Notes under the pieces: generated by a model | The model's database searches: none | What the model was told of the DNA's origin: nothing | What the model saw: only the letters and a program-made list of their open reading frames with translations | Position numbers and translations under genes: made by a program | Shown here: one piece after another, positions 13,323 to 27,417 of the stretch | Layout of the letters: each line of letters starts with the position of its first letter | Numbering within the stretch: position 1 is the first letter of the stretch | DNA from: Eledone cirrhosa | Lineage: Eukaryota | Direction of reading: 5' to 3' | DNA length: 64,000 nucleotides | Assembly (NCBI GenBank): GCA_964016885.1 | Contig: OZ024756.1 | Location: forward strand, 2,914,001-2,978,000

Positions 13323-15768
13323 AATTAACCCTTGTTGTCTGGTAATCTGAATATACTGCTCCTGAAATTAACCCCTGTTGTCTGGTAATCAGAATATACT
13401 GCTCCTGAAATAAACCCTGTTGCCTGATAACTAGAATATACTGCCCCTGAAATTAGCCCTGTTGTCTGGTAACCAGAATATACTGCCACTGAAATTAGCC
13501 CTGTTGTCTAGTAACTAGAATATACTGCTCCTGAAAATAACCCCTGTTGTCAGATAACTAGAATATACTGCTCTTGAAATTAACCCTTGTTGTCTGGTAA
13601 CTAGAATATACTGCCCCTGAAATAAACCCTGTTGATTGATAACTAGAATATACTGCTCCTGAAATAAACCCTGTTGTCAGATAACTAGAATATACTGCTC
13701 CTGAAATTAACCCCTGTTGTCTGATAACCAGAATATACTGCTCCTGAAATAAACCCTGTTGTCTGGTGACTAGAATATACTGCTCCTGAAATAAACCCTG
13801 TTGTCAGATAACTAGAATATACTGCCCCTGAAATAAACCGTTGTCTGGTAACTAGAATATACTGCTCCTGAAATAAACCCTGTTGTCTGGTAACTAGAAT
13901 ATACTGCTCCTGAAATAAACCCTGTTGTCTGGTAACTAGAATATACTGCTCCTCAAATAAACCCTGTTGTCTGATAACTAGAATATACTGCTCCTGAAAT
14001 TAACCCTGTTGCCTGATAACCAGAATATACTGCTGCTGAAATAAACCCTGTTATCTGGTAACTAGAATATACTGCTGCTGAAATAAACCCTGTTGTCTGG
14101 TAACTAGAATATACTGCCCCTGAAATTAGCCCTGTTGTCTGGTAACCAGAATATACTGCTCCTGAAATTAACCCTGTTGCCTGATAACTAGAATATACTG
14201 CCCCTGAAATAAACCCTGTTGCCTGATAACTAGAATATACTGCCCCTGAAATAAACCCTGTTGTCAGATAACTAGAATATACTGCTCCTGAAATTAACCC
14301 CTGTTGTCTGATAACCAGAATATACTGCTCCTGAAATAAACCATGTTGTCTGGTAACTAGAATATACTGCTCCTGAAATAAACCCTGTTGTCAGATAACT
14401 AGAATATACTGCCCCTGAAATAAACCCTGTTGTCTGGTAACTAGAATATACTGCTCCTGAAATAAACCCTGTTGTCTGGTAACTAGAATATACTGCTCCT
14501 GAAATAAACCCTGTTGTCTGGTAACTAGAATATACTGCTCCTCAAATAAACCCTGTTGTCTGATAACTAGAATATACTGCTCCTGAAATTAACCATGTTG
14601 CCTGATAACCAGAATATACTGCTGCTGAAATAAACCCTGTTGTCTGGTAACTAGAATATACTGCTGCTGAAATAAACCCTGTTGTCTGGTAACTAGAATA
14701 TACTGCTGCTGAAATAAACCCTGTTGTCTGGTAACTAGAATATACTGCCCCTGAAATAAACCCTGTTGATTGATAACTAGAATATACTGCCCCTGAAATT
14801 AACCCTGTTTTCTGATAACCAGAATATACTGCTCCTGAAATAAACCCTGTTGTATGGTAACTAGAATATACTGCTGCTGAAATAAACCCTGTTGCCTGAT
14901 AACTAGAATATACTGCCCCTGAAATAAACCCTGTTGATTGATAACTAGAATATACTGCCCCTGAAATTAACCCTGTTGTCTGATAACCAGAATATACTGC
15001 TCCTGAAATAAACCCTGTTGTCTGGTAACTAGAATATACTGCTGCTGAAATAAACCCTGTTGCTTGATAACTAGAATATACTGCCCCTGAAATAAACCCT
15101 GTTGATTGATAACTAGAATATACTTCCCCTGAAATTAACCCTGTTGTCTGATAACCAGAATATACTGCTCCTGAAATAAACCCTGTTGATTGATAACTAG
15201 AATATACTGCCCCTGAAATTAACCCTGTTGTCTGATAACCAGAATATACTGCTCCTGAAATAAACCCTGTTGTCTGGTAACTAGAATATACTGCTGCTGA
15301 AATAAACCCTGTTGCCTGATAACTAGAATATACTACCCCTGAAATAAACCCTGTTGATTGATAACTAGAATATACTTCCCCTGAAATTAACCCCTGTTGT
15401 CTGATAACCAGAATATACTGCTCCTGAAATAAACCCTGTTGTCTGGTAACTAGAATATACTGCTCCTGAAATAAACCCCTGTTGTCTGGTAACTATAATA
15501 TACTGCTCTTGAAATTAAACCCTTGTTATCTGGTAACTAGAATATACTGCTCCTGAAATTAACCCTGTTATCTGATAACTATATATACTGCTCCTGAAAT
15601 AAACCCCTGTTGTCTGGTAATCAGAATATACTGCTCCTGAAATAAACCCTGTTATCTGATAACTATAATATACTGCTCCTGAAAATAACCCCTGTTGACT
15701 GATAACCAGAATATACTGCTCCTGAAATTAACCCTGCTGTCTGATAACCAGTATAACCTGAAATTAAC
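13323..15768. repeat. 42-bp minisatellite (aaataaaccctgttgtctggtaactagaatatactgctcctg), ~58 units
   Basis: Continuous tandem units with occasional 43-bp variants. Confidence 0.97.
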
Positions 15769-15909
15769 GTGTACATGGCCGTGTATTTCACAGACAGGTG
15801 TAGATACACCGTTATTCCCAATGTAACTTCACGTTTCACAGTCACTCACAAGGTATAGTAGTACACCCAACAACCTTCCAAACTGTTTCCACTTATTATT
15901 TAATTTCAC

Positions 15910-16595
15910 TGGTTTAATGGTTAATGTATTCGGCACACAATCGTAACGTTGTGAGTTCGATTCTTGGCTTTGGGTTGTGTCTTTGAACAAGACACTTTAT
16001 TTCACGTTGTTCCAGTCCACTGTGTCTTTGAACAAGACACTTTATTTCATGTTGCTCCATTCCATTGTGTCCTTGAGCAAGACACTTTATTTCATATTGC
16101 TCCAGTCCACTGTGTCCTTGAGCAAGACACTTTATTTCATATTGCTCCAGTCCACTGTGTCCTTAAGCAAGACACTTTATTTCATGTTGCTCCAGACCAC
16201 TGTGTCCTTGAGCAAGACACTTTATTTCATGTTGCTCCAGTCCACTGTGTCCTTGAGCAAGACACTTTATTTCACGTTGCCCAGTCCACTCTGCTGGCAA
16301 AAATGAGTTGTAGCTGTAATTCTGATGGCCAGCTTGTCACATTGTGTGTCACGCCGAATCTCCCTGAGAATTACGTCAAAGGTACTCGTGTTTGAAGAAT
16401 GCTCAGACACTTTCACTGTAACACACGATGGACTGTACCTGTAATTCGAGGGGGGCCAGCCTTGTCGCATTCTACATCACGCTGAATCTCCCTGAGAACT
16501 ACGTAAAGGGTACACTTGCACGTCAATTTCCTGAGCAGGCTGTTCCGTTGAGTGGATCAACTGAGACACTCATCGTCGTATCCGACGGAGTGCCT
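15910..16595 (+). mobile_element. tRNA-derived SINE (second family) with an internal 45-bp x7 tandem amplification
   Basis: Head ggtttaatggttaa...gagttcgattc (A/B-box-like). CORE-like tgtgtccttgagcaagacactt unit repeated at 15976-16290. A related single-unit copy lies at ~38485-38675. Confidence 0.75.
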
Positions 16596-17987
16596 CAATT
16601 TCACTCAAAACGCGTGAGTCGGCTCGTGGCTATGGTAAATGTCGCTCGTCCCACGATGCTATATACAGTGATCGAACCTGGCACCTACAGCTTTTGAGGC
16701 GAACATCTTTACCATTCGTTCATGCTGCGTCCATGCTATAATAAGTGACACTTTGGTCTCCTCATCACTGTAAATTCGACCATCTGCTGCTGTCTTTGCC
16801 CATAGGATCATTACATTGGAGATATATCAACACAAAATATGTTATTTTAAGAGACGCTATAACAACAAAGCTTCAGGCTATATTATATAGAATATCAATA
16901 GCAGCGACTCCATTTTGTATTTTATATTTTGCTGAGTATGATCGAACTTAAAATGACTTAAGGACTTACTGTGTAAAAAAAATACTTCGAAGCAAACACG
17001 TCTGTTTATATAACAATAAGAATCGAGCCAATGAGGGAGCCACAACGTGGTCGCTCGAAGTGCTAAAGATAGCAACCAAATCATCTTCAAATTACAGAGG
17101 GATATTAGGCCGTTATTTAAACAGTTATTTCGATTATTAATTACAATAAACCTTCCTAATATATATATATATATTTTAAATCGTTAACAGAGGAATATTG
17201 GAAAGTATTGTTCTGGGTCCTATATTCATAGAAAAAGACGGCATGGTGACGACATGACTTACTCTGATCATAAGCCTGCTTCATCAGGTCCTAGGGCTAA
17301 TTTGACCTAGGGCTAAATCTTTACTATAAGAACAAAAGCAACAGTAATAATCCTGATTTTAACTTAGTCACAATTCCTTTTATTTTATTGCTGTTCATGT
17401 TTACTAACCAGGTTTGCCCTGATCGCTCACACCTTTGATCCTAGAATCTTTGTCAGTGATCCTTCTTTTTGTATACCATCGACTATATTATTCATTGTAC
17501 CCTGTATTTATCTGATACGGCAGGTATGATCTAAGTGATGTATGGCTGTTGTTTCTAGCAGGTCGAAAGAAGGTGTAAATATTTCTTTCGTTACCTTTTG
17601 ACCACAAATTGCGATGTTTTTAATTATATCAATCATAGCACGCAACACAAATATAATTTGTTGCTTCTGGAAAGATTGTGAAGGGTGCAGTCAACCCAGG
17701 CAGGATTTGTACCAGAAATTGGTACGTGGTATGGTCCTGTAACTTTGGAAGTAGTCCTAGGGCGCCATATTCAAATATGGCGTTTCTAGGACATTTTTTA
17801 AACCTGCCGGAGCCCATCTCCTCTCTAGGTCTGAATACAGCAGATTTCTTCTAGAGAAGAAAAGAGAGAGTGAGGGAAACGAAGTGAGGAAGAGATATAG
17901 AGGAAGAATCAACCCCAGTACTTAACTGGTACTTTTCATTTTATTATCGACCTCGAACAGATAAAAGGCAGAGTTGACCTCACACAT

Positions 17988-18061
<74 letters not shown>

Positions 18062-18327
18062 TAATATTAGTCAATCGTTAAATATTAGCTTAGAAAATCA
18101 AGTACAATACTTCTAGAAACTGAAAAACTTAACCAGCAACCTCACTGGAAAATCGAATCCAGTATCTCTCAAATTTTTGTCGAGTGATTTAACAATTAAG
18201 CTTGGATTTAACCATTTTTTTCTTATAAATTATCTGAGCGTTTGGAGATTTGAAATATTTGAAAATGTAAGAATTCCAAATACTGAAAACAACTGTAACA
18301 ACTAACAATAATCAATCACTTTAAATA

Positions 18328-18495
18328 ATTGTCTCTACATTTGGCACAAGGCCAGCAATTATACCAGTACATTACTGGTACTTTATTTTATCGACCCCGT
18401 AAGGATGAAAGGCGGGATTTGAACTCAGACCGAAAAGGGCCGTAACTCTATGCTACAAAGCATGGCGTCCGATCCTCTACCGATACTACCATCCG
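18328..18495 (-). mobile_element. tRNA-derived SINE copy
   Basis: Same family as 3088-3259. Confidence 0.85.
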
Positions 18496-18738
18496 TCCGT
18501 TTATTGTCTTCCTGTCCCTCTGTCTTTTCTACCATATATCCATATTCTAAAATATTATTTATCAATCACAATACATGGGGGAAAAGACAGTGGGACAGGG
18601 AGGGAATAAACGGACGGAATATAAAAGAAGAAAAACACAAGGAAAGCAACGCGGGAATCCTGATCGTCAGCTGACCACCATTCAATATCACAGTTTCGTT
18701 TAATTTTGGACAGGACTCTGCTTTATCACGATTTGCTT

Positions 18739-19371
18739 CTGTTCCAGCGGACCTCCCTCGACGTTCTCCGGGTAATGCATCAACCATCCTGTCGGCCGGA
18801 ACCTAGAGGTGCAGTGGCTGTTCCAGTACGCTACCCTCACCGTCCTCCGAGGTAATGCATTCTCCAATCTGTCGGCCGGAACCTAGAGGTGCAGTGGCTG
18901 TTCCAGTACGCTACCCTCACCGTCCTCCGAGGTAATGCATTCTCCAATCTGTCGGCCGGAACCTAGAGGTGCAGTGGCTGTTCCAGTACGCTACCCTCAC
19001 CGTCCTCCGAGGTAATGCATTCTCCAATCTGTCGGCCGGAACCTAGAGGTGCAGTGGCTGTTCCAGTACGCTACCCTCACCGTCCTCCGAGGTAATGCAT
19101 TCTCCAATCTGTCGGCCGGGACCTAGAGGTGCAGTGGCTGTTCCAGTACGCTACCCTCACCGTCCTCCGAGGTAATGCATTCTCCAATCTGTCGGCCGGG
19201 ACCTAGAGGTGCAGTGGCTGTTGAAGTATGTCTCCCTTACCGGCCTTCAGGACAATGTATTCTCCATCCCGTTGGCTAGACCCATGAGGTAGAGTAGCTG
19301 TATCAGCGCGTCTACTTCACCGTCCTCTGCGGCAATACATTCTCCATGCTGTCAGCCGGGACCCAGAGGTG
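18739..19371. repeat. 80-bp GC-rich tandem repeat, ~8 units
   Basis: acctagaggt recurs at 18801, 18881, 18961, 19041, 19121 and 19201, with diverged versions at 19281 and 19361. Confidence 0.97.
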
Positions 19372-19813
19372 AAGGGCAAGTTAGTTTGTGGTGGAGGATA
19401 CTCGGTCGGACGTCCTTTCTACAACTAAAGTATAACCATCAGATATAGAGTTAGGTTTATCTGAATATGTTTAATTCCTTTACCAGGTTATTGGGTGTAC
19501 ACTGTTAAGGAATTACGTAGACAAACGATTATATAACATCAACAGAACAAACTCTATACCTGAGTGAACAACTGAGTTAAGTTGGGTTAATCACAAATAG
19601 AAATACATAAATATACAATGAATTTATTTATATAGCAGTCGTTAAACTGTAGTGAAGAGAAAGACATTTGTGTATAAACACACGCACACACATACACGCA
19701 CACACACATACACACACAAGCATACATACAGACGCACACGCACACATATACAGACACACAAGCATACATACACATACATACTTATACACATACACATAGA
19801 AACACACACACAC

Positions 19814-19857
<44 letters not shown>

Positions 19858-19900
19858 ATTCTTACATATTTACGGTTTTTACATTAGTCAGACAAAATGC

Positions 19901-20487
19901 TTCGCAGCATAGAGTTACGTCCTTCTACGTTCTGAGTTCAAATATCGCCGAGGTCAACTTTGCCTTTCATCCTTTCGAGGTCGATAAAATAAAGTACCAG
20001 TAATACACTGGAGTCAATTTAATCGACTTCTTCCTCCCACAAAACTGTTGGCCTTGTGTCTAAATCAGAAACCATTATTAGCGCGTCGGAGAGCGGTGGA
20101 TTGGCAGTATCGGTAGAGAGTCGGACACCATGCTTTGCAGCATAGAGTTACGGCCCTTTATGATCTGAGTTTAAATCCCACCGAGGTTAACTTTGCCTTT
20201 CATCCTTACGGGGTCGATAAAAAAGTACCAGTAATGTACTGGGACAATTTAATCGACAATCTCCCTCCCTCTAACTTACTGACATTGTGTCTATATTAAA
20301 AATCATTATTAGCGCGTCGGACGCGCTATTTGTGGCATAGAGTTACGGCTCTTTACGTTCTCAGTTCAAATCCCGCCATGGTTAGTTTTGCCCTTCAACC
20401 TAACGGGGTCGATAAATTAAAGCACCAGTAATGTACTGGGATCGATTTAATGAATCCCCCCCCCTTCAAATTGCTTGCCTTGTGCCT
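19901..20487 (+). mobile_element. Three head-to-tail tRNA-derived SINE copies
   Basis: A-box-like TGGCAGTATCGG at 20102. B-box-like GAGTT(C/T)AAAT/CAGTTCAAAT in each copy, plus the conserved body. Confidence 0.88.
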
Positions 20488-20741
20488 CACGTTCATTAAT
20501 ATTAGCTACTTTATATGTCCATACTTACGATATAATCCATGATATTATTTATAGATTAGCCAAATGTCTTGTTTGCTGCTTCAACAAAATGACTGCCAAG
20601 TGATGGTCACATCTCAGTGAATACTGAACGACTACGACTTCCAGTCAGTTTTCACTCTTAGGCAGCCATTTTTATTTACGTGCCGTGACAGACGTCACAG
20701 TTAATAAGTGCATCGGTCGTTGCCGTGAGGAGTAGAGCTGA

Positions 20742-21674
<933 letters not shown>

Positions 21675-21782
21675 ATGTGTGTAGAGGTTATATTTAATTT
21701 GTTGGGATTCAACAAGCTTAAACATTTTTATAACTGATATAAAGCACTCAACCAGTTAGTGGAGTAAATACACAATATATTA

Positions 21783-21960
21783 ATTGTTTCTACGTTAGGC
21801 ACAAGGCCAGCAATTACCCAGTGCATTACTGGTACTTTATTTTATCGACCCCGTAAGGATGAAAGGCAAAGTCAACCTCGGCGGGATTTGAACTCAGATC
21901 GTAAAGGGACGTAACTATGCTGGAAAGCATGGCGTCCGACCCTCAACCGATACTGCCAAT
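21783..21960 (-). mobile_element. tRNA-derived SINE copy
   Basis: Nearly identical to 50650-50835. Confidence 0.9.
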
Positions 21961-22120
21961 ATTAATAAATGAAAACTATATTTATAAAACCATATTTATT
22001 TTATTATGCATATTTCAAGGGCAACCAAGGCAAATTATGGTGCGCTTTCATCAGATAAAATACAGATTTGTTTTATAAATAAATATTGACATATCCGGAA
22101 AAAAGACAACCTTAACGGTT
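21961..22120. repeat. Unclassified dispersed AT-rich repeat (other copies at ~22810-22940 and ~39835-39990)
   Basis: Shared attaataaatg(g)aaa..tataaaaccatatttatt..atatttcaagggt/c..atcagat..aatac..tgacatatc. Confidence 0.75.
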
Positions 22121-22686
22121 GGAGCTTCCTGGATAGTTTCCAGGAGCAAATATTTATTAAAATAACAGATTAAATTTTAAGCAAACAATCGCTGCTTTCA
22201 CCCTTAACGGGATCTCCTGAAACTAAAAAAAAATCAATTTGTGAACGCAGAAGTAAATATTTCAAAAAAACGTTGCAACCGAAGGAAAACATGAAGACGA
22301 TACTTTGGTTCGTGAAGACGTTCCCTGGCAATGAACGGTAAAAAGCGAAGATAATACGTCGTTATGTGGAGCGCAGAGAACAATTACACGCAAAGACAAA
22401 ACCACGTTTTTGGTATAAATGGAGTCATTAGACTAATATTCTGTTTACGAAACCGAATGATTCTCGGCTTCAGAGTTATGAATAATGTAAATAAATTTCT
22501 TGAACGAAAATGCCTGAGGTTATTTAAATCAAAAAAGTAGTGATATTTAAATATATACATACACACATCTATATACGTACATACACGTGCATACGCGAAA
22601 ACGTCCTACGTACATATACATGCACATTCACATAAACACGCGCACACGTACGTATACCCGGCGCAACACATATACCCGCACACACA

Positions 22687-22800
<114 letters not shown>

Positions 22801-23146
22801 TATCAATAATATTAATAAATGGAAAATATCTTAAATAAAACCATATTTATTTTATTATATATATTTCAAGGGTACCAGTGTTTTGGTAGGCTATCGTCAG
22901 ATCAAATACAATAATTGGTTTACAGATAATGACATATCGACATCTGAACTTAATGTTATAAGTTCAATGTAGATAGTGAATAAATCTTCGAACCTCGGGA
23001 TGAATTTGCTAATGGGGATAACGTTAAAACTGAAAAAGACCGTTATGTTTCGACGCTAGGTATATTTAAATAATTATGAGAATTATTTTTTTTAAAGAAA
23101 AGAAAAGAGAGGTTTGCTATTAAAATTGAAGAAAAAAAATTGTTTT

Positions 23147-23209
<63 letters not shown>

Positions 23210-23345
23210 ATATTTAAAGGTTAAACAAGCTTCAATGAATAAATCAAATAATGAGTTTTACAATAGATTGGAAGCACTCAACAGTTTTGGTTTTCCTGAC
23301 TGAATCTTTACCATCTACTATGTCAGGGTATGTCATGCATCATCT

Positions 23346-23412
23346 TATTTTATCTGATGAAGACGTACTGTTGAAGTTAGCTCAGTACCGCTGAAATATG
23401 TATAATAAAATA
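23346..23412 (+). ncRNA. Type I hammerhead ribozyme motif
   Basis: UAUUUUAU-CUGAUGA-AGACGUACUG..CAGUACCGCU-GAAA-UAUGUA-UA-AUAAAAUA. 8-bp stem I, interrupted stem II, minimal stem III. Confidence 0.75.
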
Positions 23413-23490
23413 TACTTGATCACAAGAATATCTATTTTGTTAATATCTTGAATTAATAGATATACATACATACATATATATATATATAGA

Positions 23491-23828
23491 TACAGAGTGC
23501 GGACGATATTTGGTCGCAAGATTACTGTCTAGGCGAAAGTAACACAGTAGTTTTATTTTTTAAGATATATTTATCAAACTTGGGTCAGTTTGTCTTCATG
23601 ACTTGTTCTTTCGATCACACTCGATAAACCCGCCATTGGCTTTGATAACGGCCTCAAGGCGGCCTCGGAACTGACTACAGGCCTTCGTCACTGTCCCCCG
23701 ACTTAGACCCCTAAAGTCACTTGTGATACTGGCCTTCAGATCGTCTTTTGTATTGCAGCTAGATCTGTTGGTGTCTCGTTCCACTGCGCGCCACACAAAG
23801 AAGTCGAGGGGTTGCAGTCAGGCGAGCT

Positions 23829-23830
<2 letters not shown>
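23491..23830 (-). mobile_element. Tc1/mariner transposon 3' fragment (C-terminal transposase and probable TIR)
   Basis: Frameshifted SPDCNP-LDFFVWRAVERDTN...CSQFRGRLEAVIKANGGFIE matches the SPDLNP region of IS630/Tc1/mariner. TA-CAGAGTG terminus at 23491. Confidence 0.88.
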
Positions 23831-23875
<45 letters not shown>

Positions 23876-24064
23876 ACACGCACACGCGCGCACACACACA
23901 CATACACACACACACACACACACAACACAGACACACACACAGACACACACACACACATATATATATATGTTAAGTATTTCCGTAGAAAAGGTAAAGGCAA
24001 GAAGAGTGCTCTACGTATAGTACAGAGCTATTTAATTACATAATAAACAAGACAATATAATTAT

Positions 24065-24132
24065 TCCATTACCAAAGGTTTCAAGAGACTAGACGATCCT
24101 TACGGAAACATCCAGAACGTTCATCAGATGAA
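24065..24132 (-). ncRNA. Type I hammerhead ribozyme motif
   Basis: UUCAU-CUGAUGA-...-GAAA-CCUUUGG-UA-AUGGA. Stem I 5 bp, stem II imperfect. Confidence 0.6.
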
Positions 24133-24949
24133 CAGTGTATGTGTATGTCTGTATGTATGTGTATGTGTCTGTGTGTTTCTATGCGTCTGTGCATGTTTGT
24201 GTGTGCAGGTCCATCGGGTAGTAGAGTATGGTTATATTATAAAGAGTCGGAACACTACGGCTGAGTTCTTGCCGTTTCAACATCTCCTTCTACAACTAGC
24301 AGTTGAATAAAGTAATATGTTCAGACACAGAAAATAACTGTAAATACAGTCGACAGCTATAAATAATAGCTTAGAAAATAGGGTATATATATATATACTC
24401 CATCCCATGGAAAATATCCGGCCTCTCTTCACATCCTCGACGGAACTACCTTACGAACTTACCCACGGATACCTACATCCACAAAACGTATAAAAACCAC
24501 ACACACGTGCGTACCCCCACATATATACACACTCAGCCTCCGGAATCCTCTCTCCCCTCCCCCACCCCTCTGACCCCTCCCCATCCACTCGAACACACTC
24601 ACACCAGCCTACACCCCACCCCACCCCACACACCTTTTCCTGAACATGGAACTTCGTTCTTCCCCCAACTCTCACATCAACACACACACCTACACACATA
24701 CACCACCTTCAGCCCTCCCCCCTCGGACACCCCGCCTCCCTCTCCCCACTCAACCCGCCACCACCCCTACACGCCCCACACCTTCCACCACTTGTTTATC
24801 TTCATGTTTATTTTTATTTTTATTTTTTTTATTTTTATTTGTACCCCTTCCACCGCTTTTCCACCCTTTCCTCTCCCCCTTTTTTTTCTAAATGTCTCGC
24901 CTCCACTCCCCTACACACCCTCGGAACTCTCTTTCCACCCACCTCTCGC

Positions 24950-24980
24950 CTGAAGAAGGGCTTTTGCCCGAAACGTCGTC
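24950..24980 (+). ncRNA. Hammerhead-like core of the Penelope type
   Basis: CUGAAGA-A-GGGC-UUUU-GCCC-GAAA-CGUCG-UC. Stem I not evident. Confidence 0.55.
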
Positions 24981-25058
24981 CCCCACCATCCACACTCAAG
25001 AGCGTTAAACTAATAAACTTTTGTTCGTACTGCCTCTGTTTTGTTCCCGTTCCATTTT

Positions 25059-25117
<59 letters not shown>

Positions 25118-25416
25118 TTGTGTAGTTCTCTCGCACACATAAATACACGTATTCAGACTTACACTTACACATACACAAGAACATGTCACACATACCCATA
25201 CATACACGGGCTTATTCTCCCCCTAAATATTCCCCTATTCTACCGTGTCTCACTCACGTCAATGTTTCTAATTCATCTTTTATCTCTCATTCTATCTTTT
25301 GATGAATGACTAACGTCCTAAACGTTAAGACTCCTTTCCATCATTATCAAGTGTTAAACTAATATATATCTTCATTGTACTGTATAGTTTTACTGTTGTT
25401 TTCCCCTCATACTTGG

Positions 25417-25541
25417 CACCTCCCACCACCACAACCACCATCCCCACCACAACCACCATCCCCACCACCACTACCACCAGCAGCACCACCACCACAACGA
25501 CCACCACCACCACCACCATCACCAGCACCAGCACCAGCACC

Positions 25542-25573
<32 letters not shown>

Positions 25574-26043
25574 CACCATCACCACCACCACTACCAATAA
25601 CAACAACAACAACACCACCATCAACACCACCACCACTAACAACAACAACAACACCACCACCACTAACAACAACAACAACAACAACAATAACATCACCAGC
25701 ACCACGACCAACGTCAACATCAACAACAGCAACAACACCACTACCACCACCACTACCACCACCACTACCACCACGACCACTACCACCACCACTACCACCA
25801 CCACTACCACCACCACCATCACCACCACCACTACCACCACCACCACTACCACCACCAACATCAACAACACCACTACCACCACCACCCCCAACACCACCAC
25901 CACCAACATCAACAACAGCAACAACACCCCTACCACCACCACCACCACCACCAACACCAACATCAACAACAGCAGCAACACCACTACCACCACCACCACC
26001 GCCACCACCACCACTACACCACCACCACCACCACCACCACCAC
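25417..26043. repeat. (CAC)/(CAA) trinucleotide low-complexity tract, followed by an opposite-strand (GGT)-rich tract to ~26470
   Basis: Direct inspection. Confidence 0.95.
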
Positions 26044-26729
26044 TGTCTGCTGTAGTAGTATCATATCATACCAATTATATGCTACAGTGAACGGGAAAAT
26101 TACACCCAATCAGCTTGTATCATTCTCACACCTACACATAGAATCACGTGACATACTGAAGTCATACTGTACTAATAAACCCTAGTGTTGGTGATGGTGG
26201 TGATGGTGGTGGTGTTGATCGATGGTGGTGATGGTTGTGGTGGTGGTGGTGGTGTTGATCGATGGTGGTGATGGTTATGGTGGTGGTGGTTGAGGAGACA
26301 GTGGTGGTGGTGTTGATCGATGGTGGTAATGGCTGTGGTGTTGCTGGTAGAGACGGTGGCGATGAGGGGTGTGTGTGGAGAGGTGGGTAGGTAACTGCTA
26401 GTGGTGGTAATGGTTGTGGGCTTATTGATTTGAGGTAGTGGTATGGGTAGTGGTATCGATGGTAGTTGCTATGGTGATTACGTTGGACGTGTCTCTCCCT
26501 GATTTGTAAGATGACGATATGCTGAACGCCGTACGCAAAGAATTTACAAATTAATAACATTTTTCATTTAGTTGGAGAAAGAAATCAAAACACCCTAGTG
26601 GCAATTGTTAGCAGCTCACAGATTGAAGGGGAGATAATTTGAAAAGAAAATAGAAATTAAACTCTTAAAGTTAATTTACATGCTTAAGGGAAGAGAAGTG
26701 TGATGTTTGTTTTCAGTAAGGTATAACTA

Positions 26730-27417
26730 TGAAGATGTTTCTGTCTATTTAACCTCATCCGTGTTATATAGTCTAACCAAGGCTTTCGAGCAGTTCTTGA
26801 AGATATTTCTATTTATTCGTCCTCATCAGTTTATTATAGTTTAACCAAGGATGTCGGACAGCTCCTGAAGATGTTTCTCTTGATGTAACCTCATCAGCGT
26901 ATTATAGTTTAACTAAGACTGTCTAGAATCGCCTGGGGATGTTTCTTTTTATTTGACCTCATCAGTGAAATATAGTTTAATCAAAGCTGTCGAGCAGCTC
27001 CTGGCGATGTTTCTCTTTATGTAACCTCATCAGTGTAATATAGTCTAACTAAGGTTGTCGGGCAACTCACGAGTATGTTTCTGTTTATTTGACCTCATCA
27101 GTGTAATGTAGTCCAACCAAAGCTGTCGAGCAGCACCTGGGGATGTTTATGGTTATGTAACGTCGTTAGTGTAAAATAGTTTAACCAAAGCTGTCGAGCA
27201 GCTCCTGGAATTGTTTCTGTATATGTGACCTCATTAGTGTAAAATAGTCTATTCAAGGATACCAGGCACCTCCTGAGGATGTTCCTGTATATTTGACCAC
27301 ATCAGTGTAATATAGTTTGTCCAAGGCTGTCGAGCAGCTCCTGGGACTGTTTCTGTTTATTTGACCTCATCAGTGTAATATGGTCTAACCAAGGCTGCCA
27401 GACATCTCCTGAAGATG
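26730..27417. repeat. 68-bp tandem repeat, ~10 diverged units
   Basis: cctcatc recurs at 26753, 26821, 26889, 26957 and onward, period 68. Confidence 0.95.

Noticed and set aside
15964-16395. 143-aa repeat protein (HCVLEQDTLFHVAPV)n
   Set aside because: An artefact of a 45-bp SINE unit that happens to be a multiple of 3.
17629-17817. 62-aa ORF in unique-looking sequence
   Set aside because: No recognisable motif or supporting gene structure.
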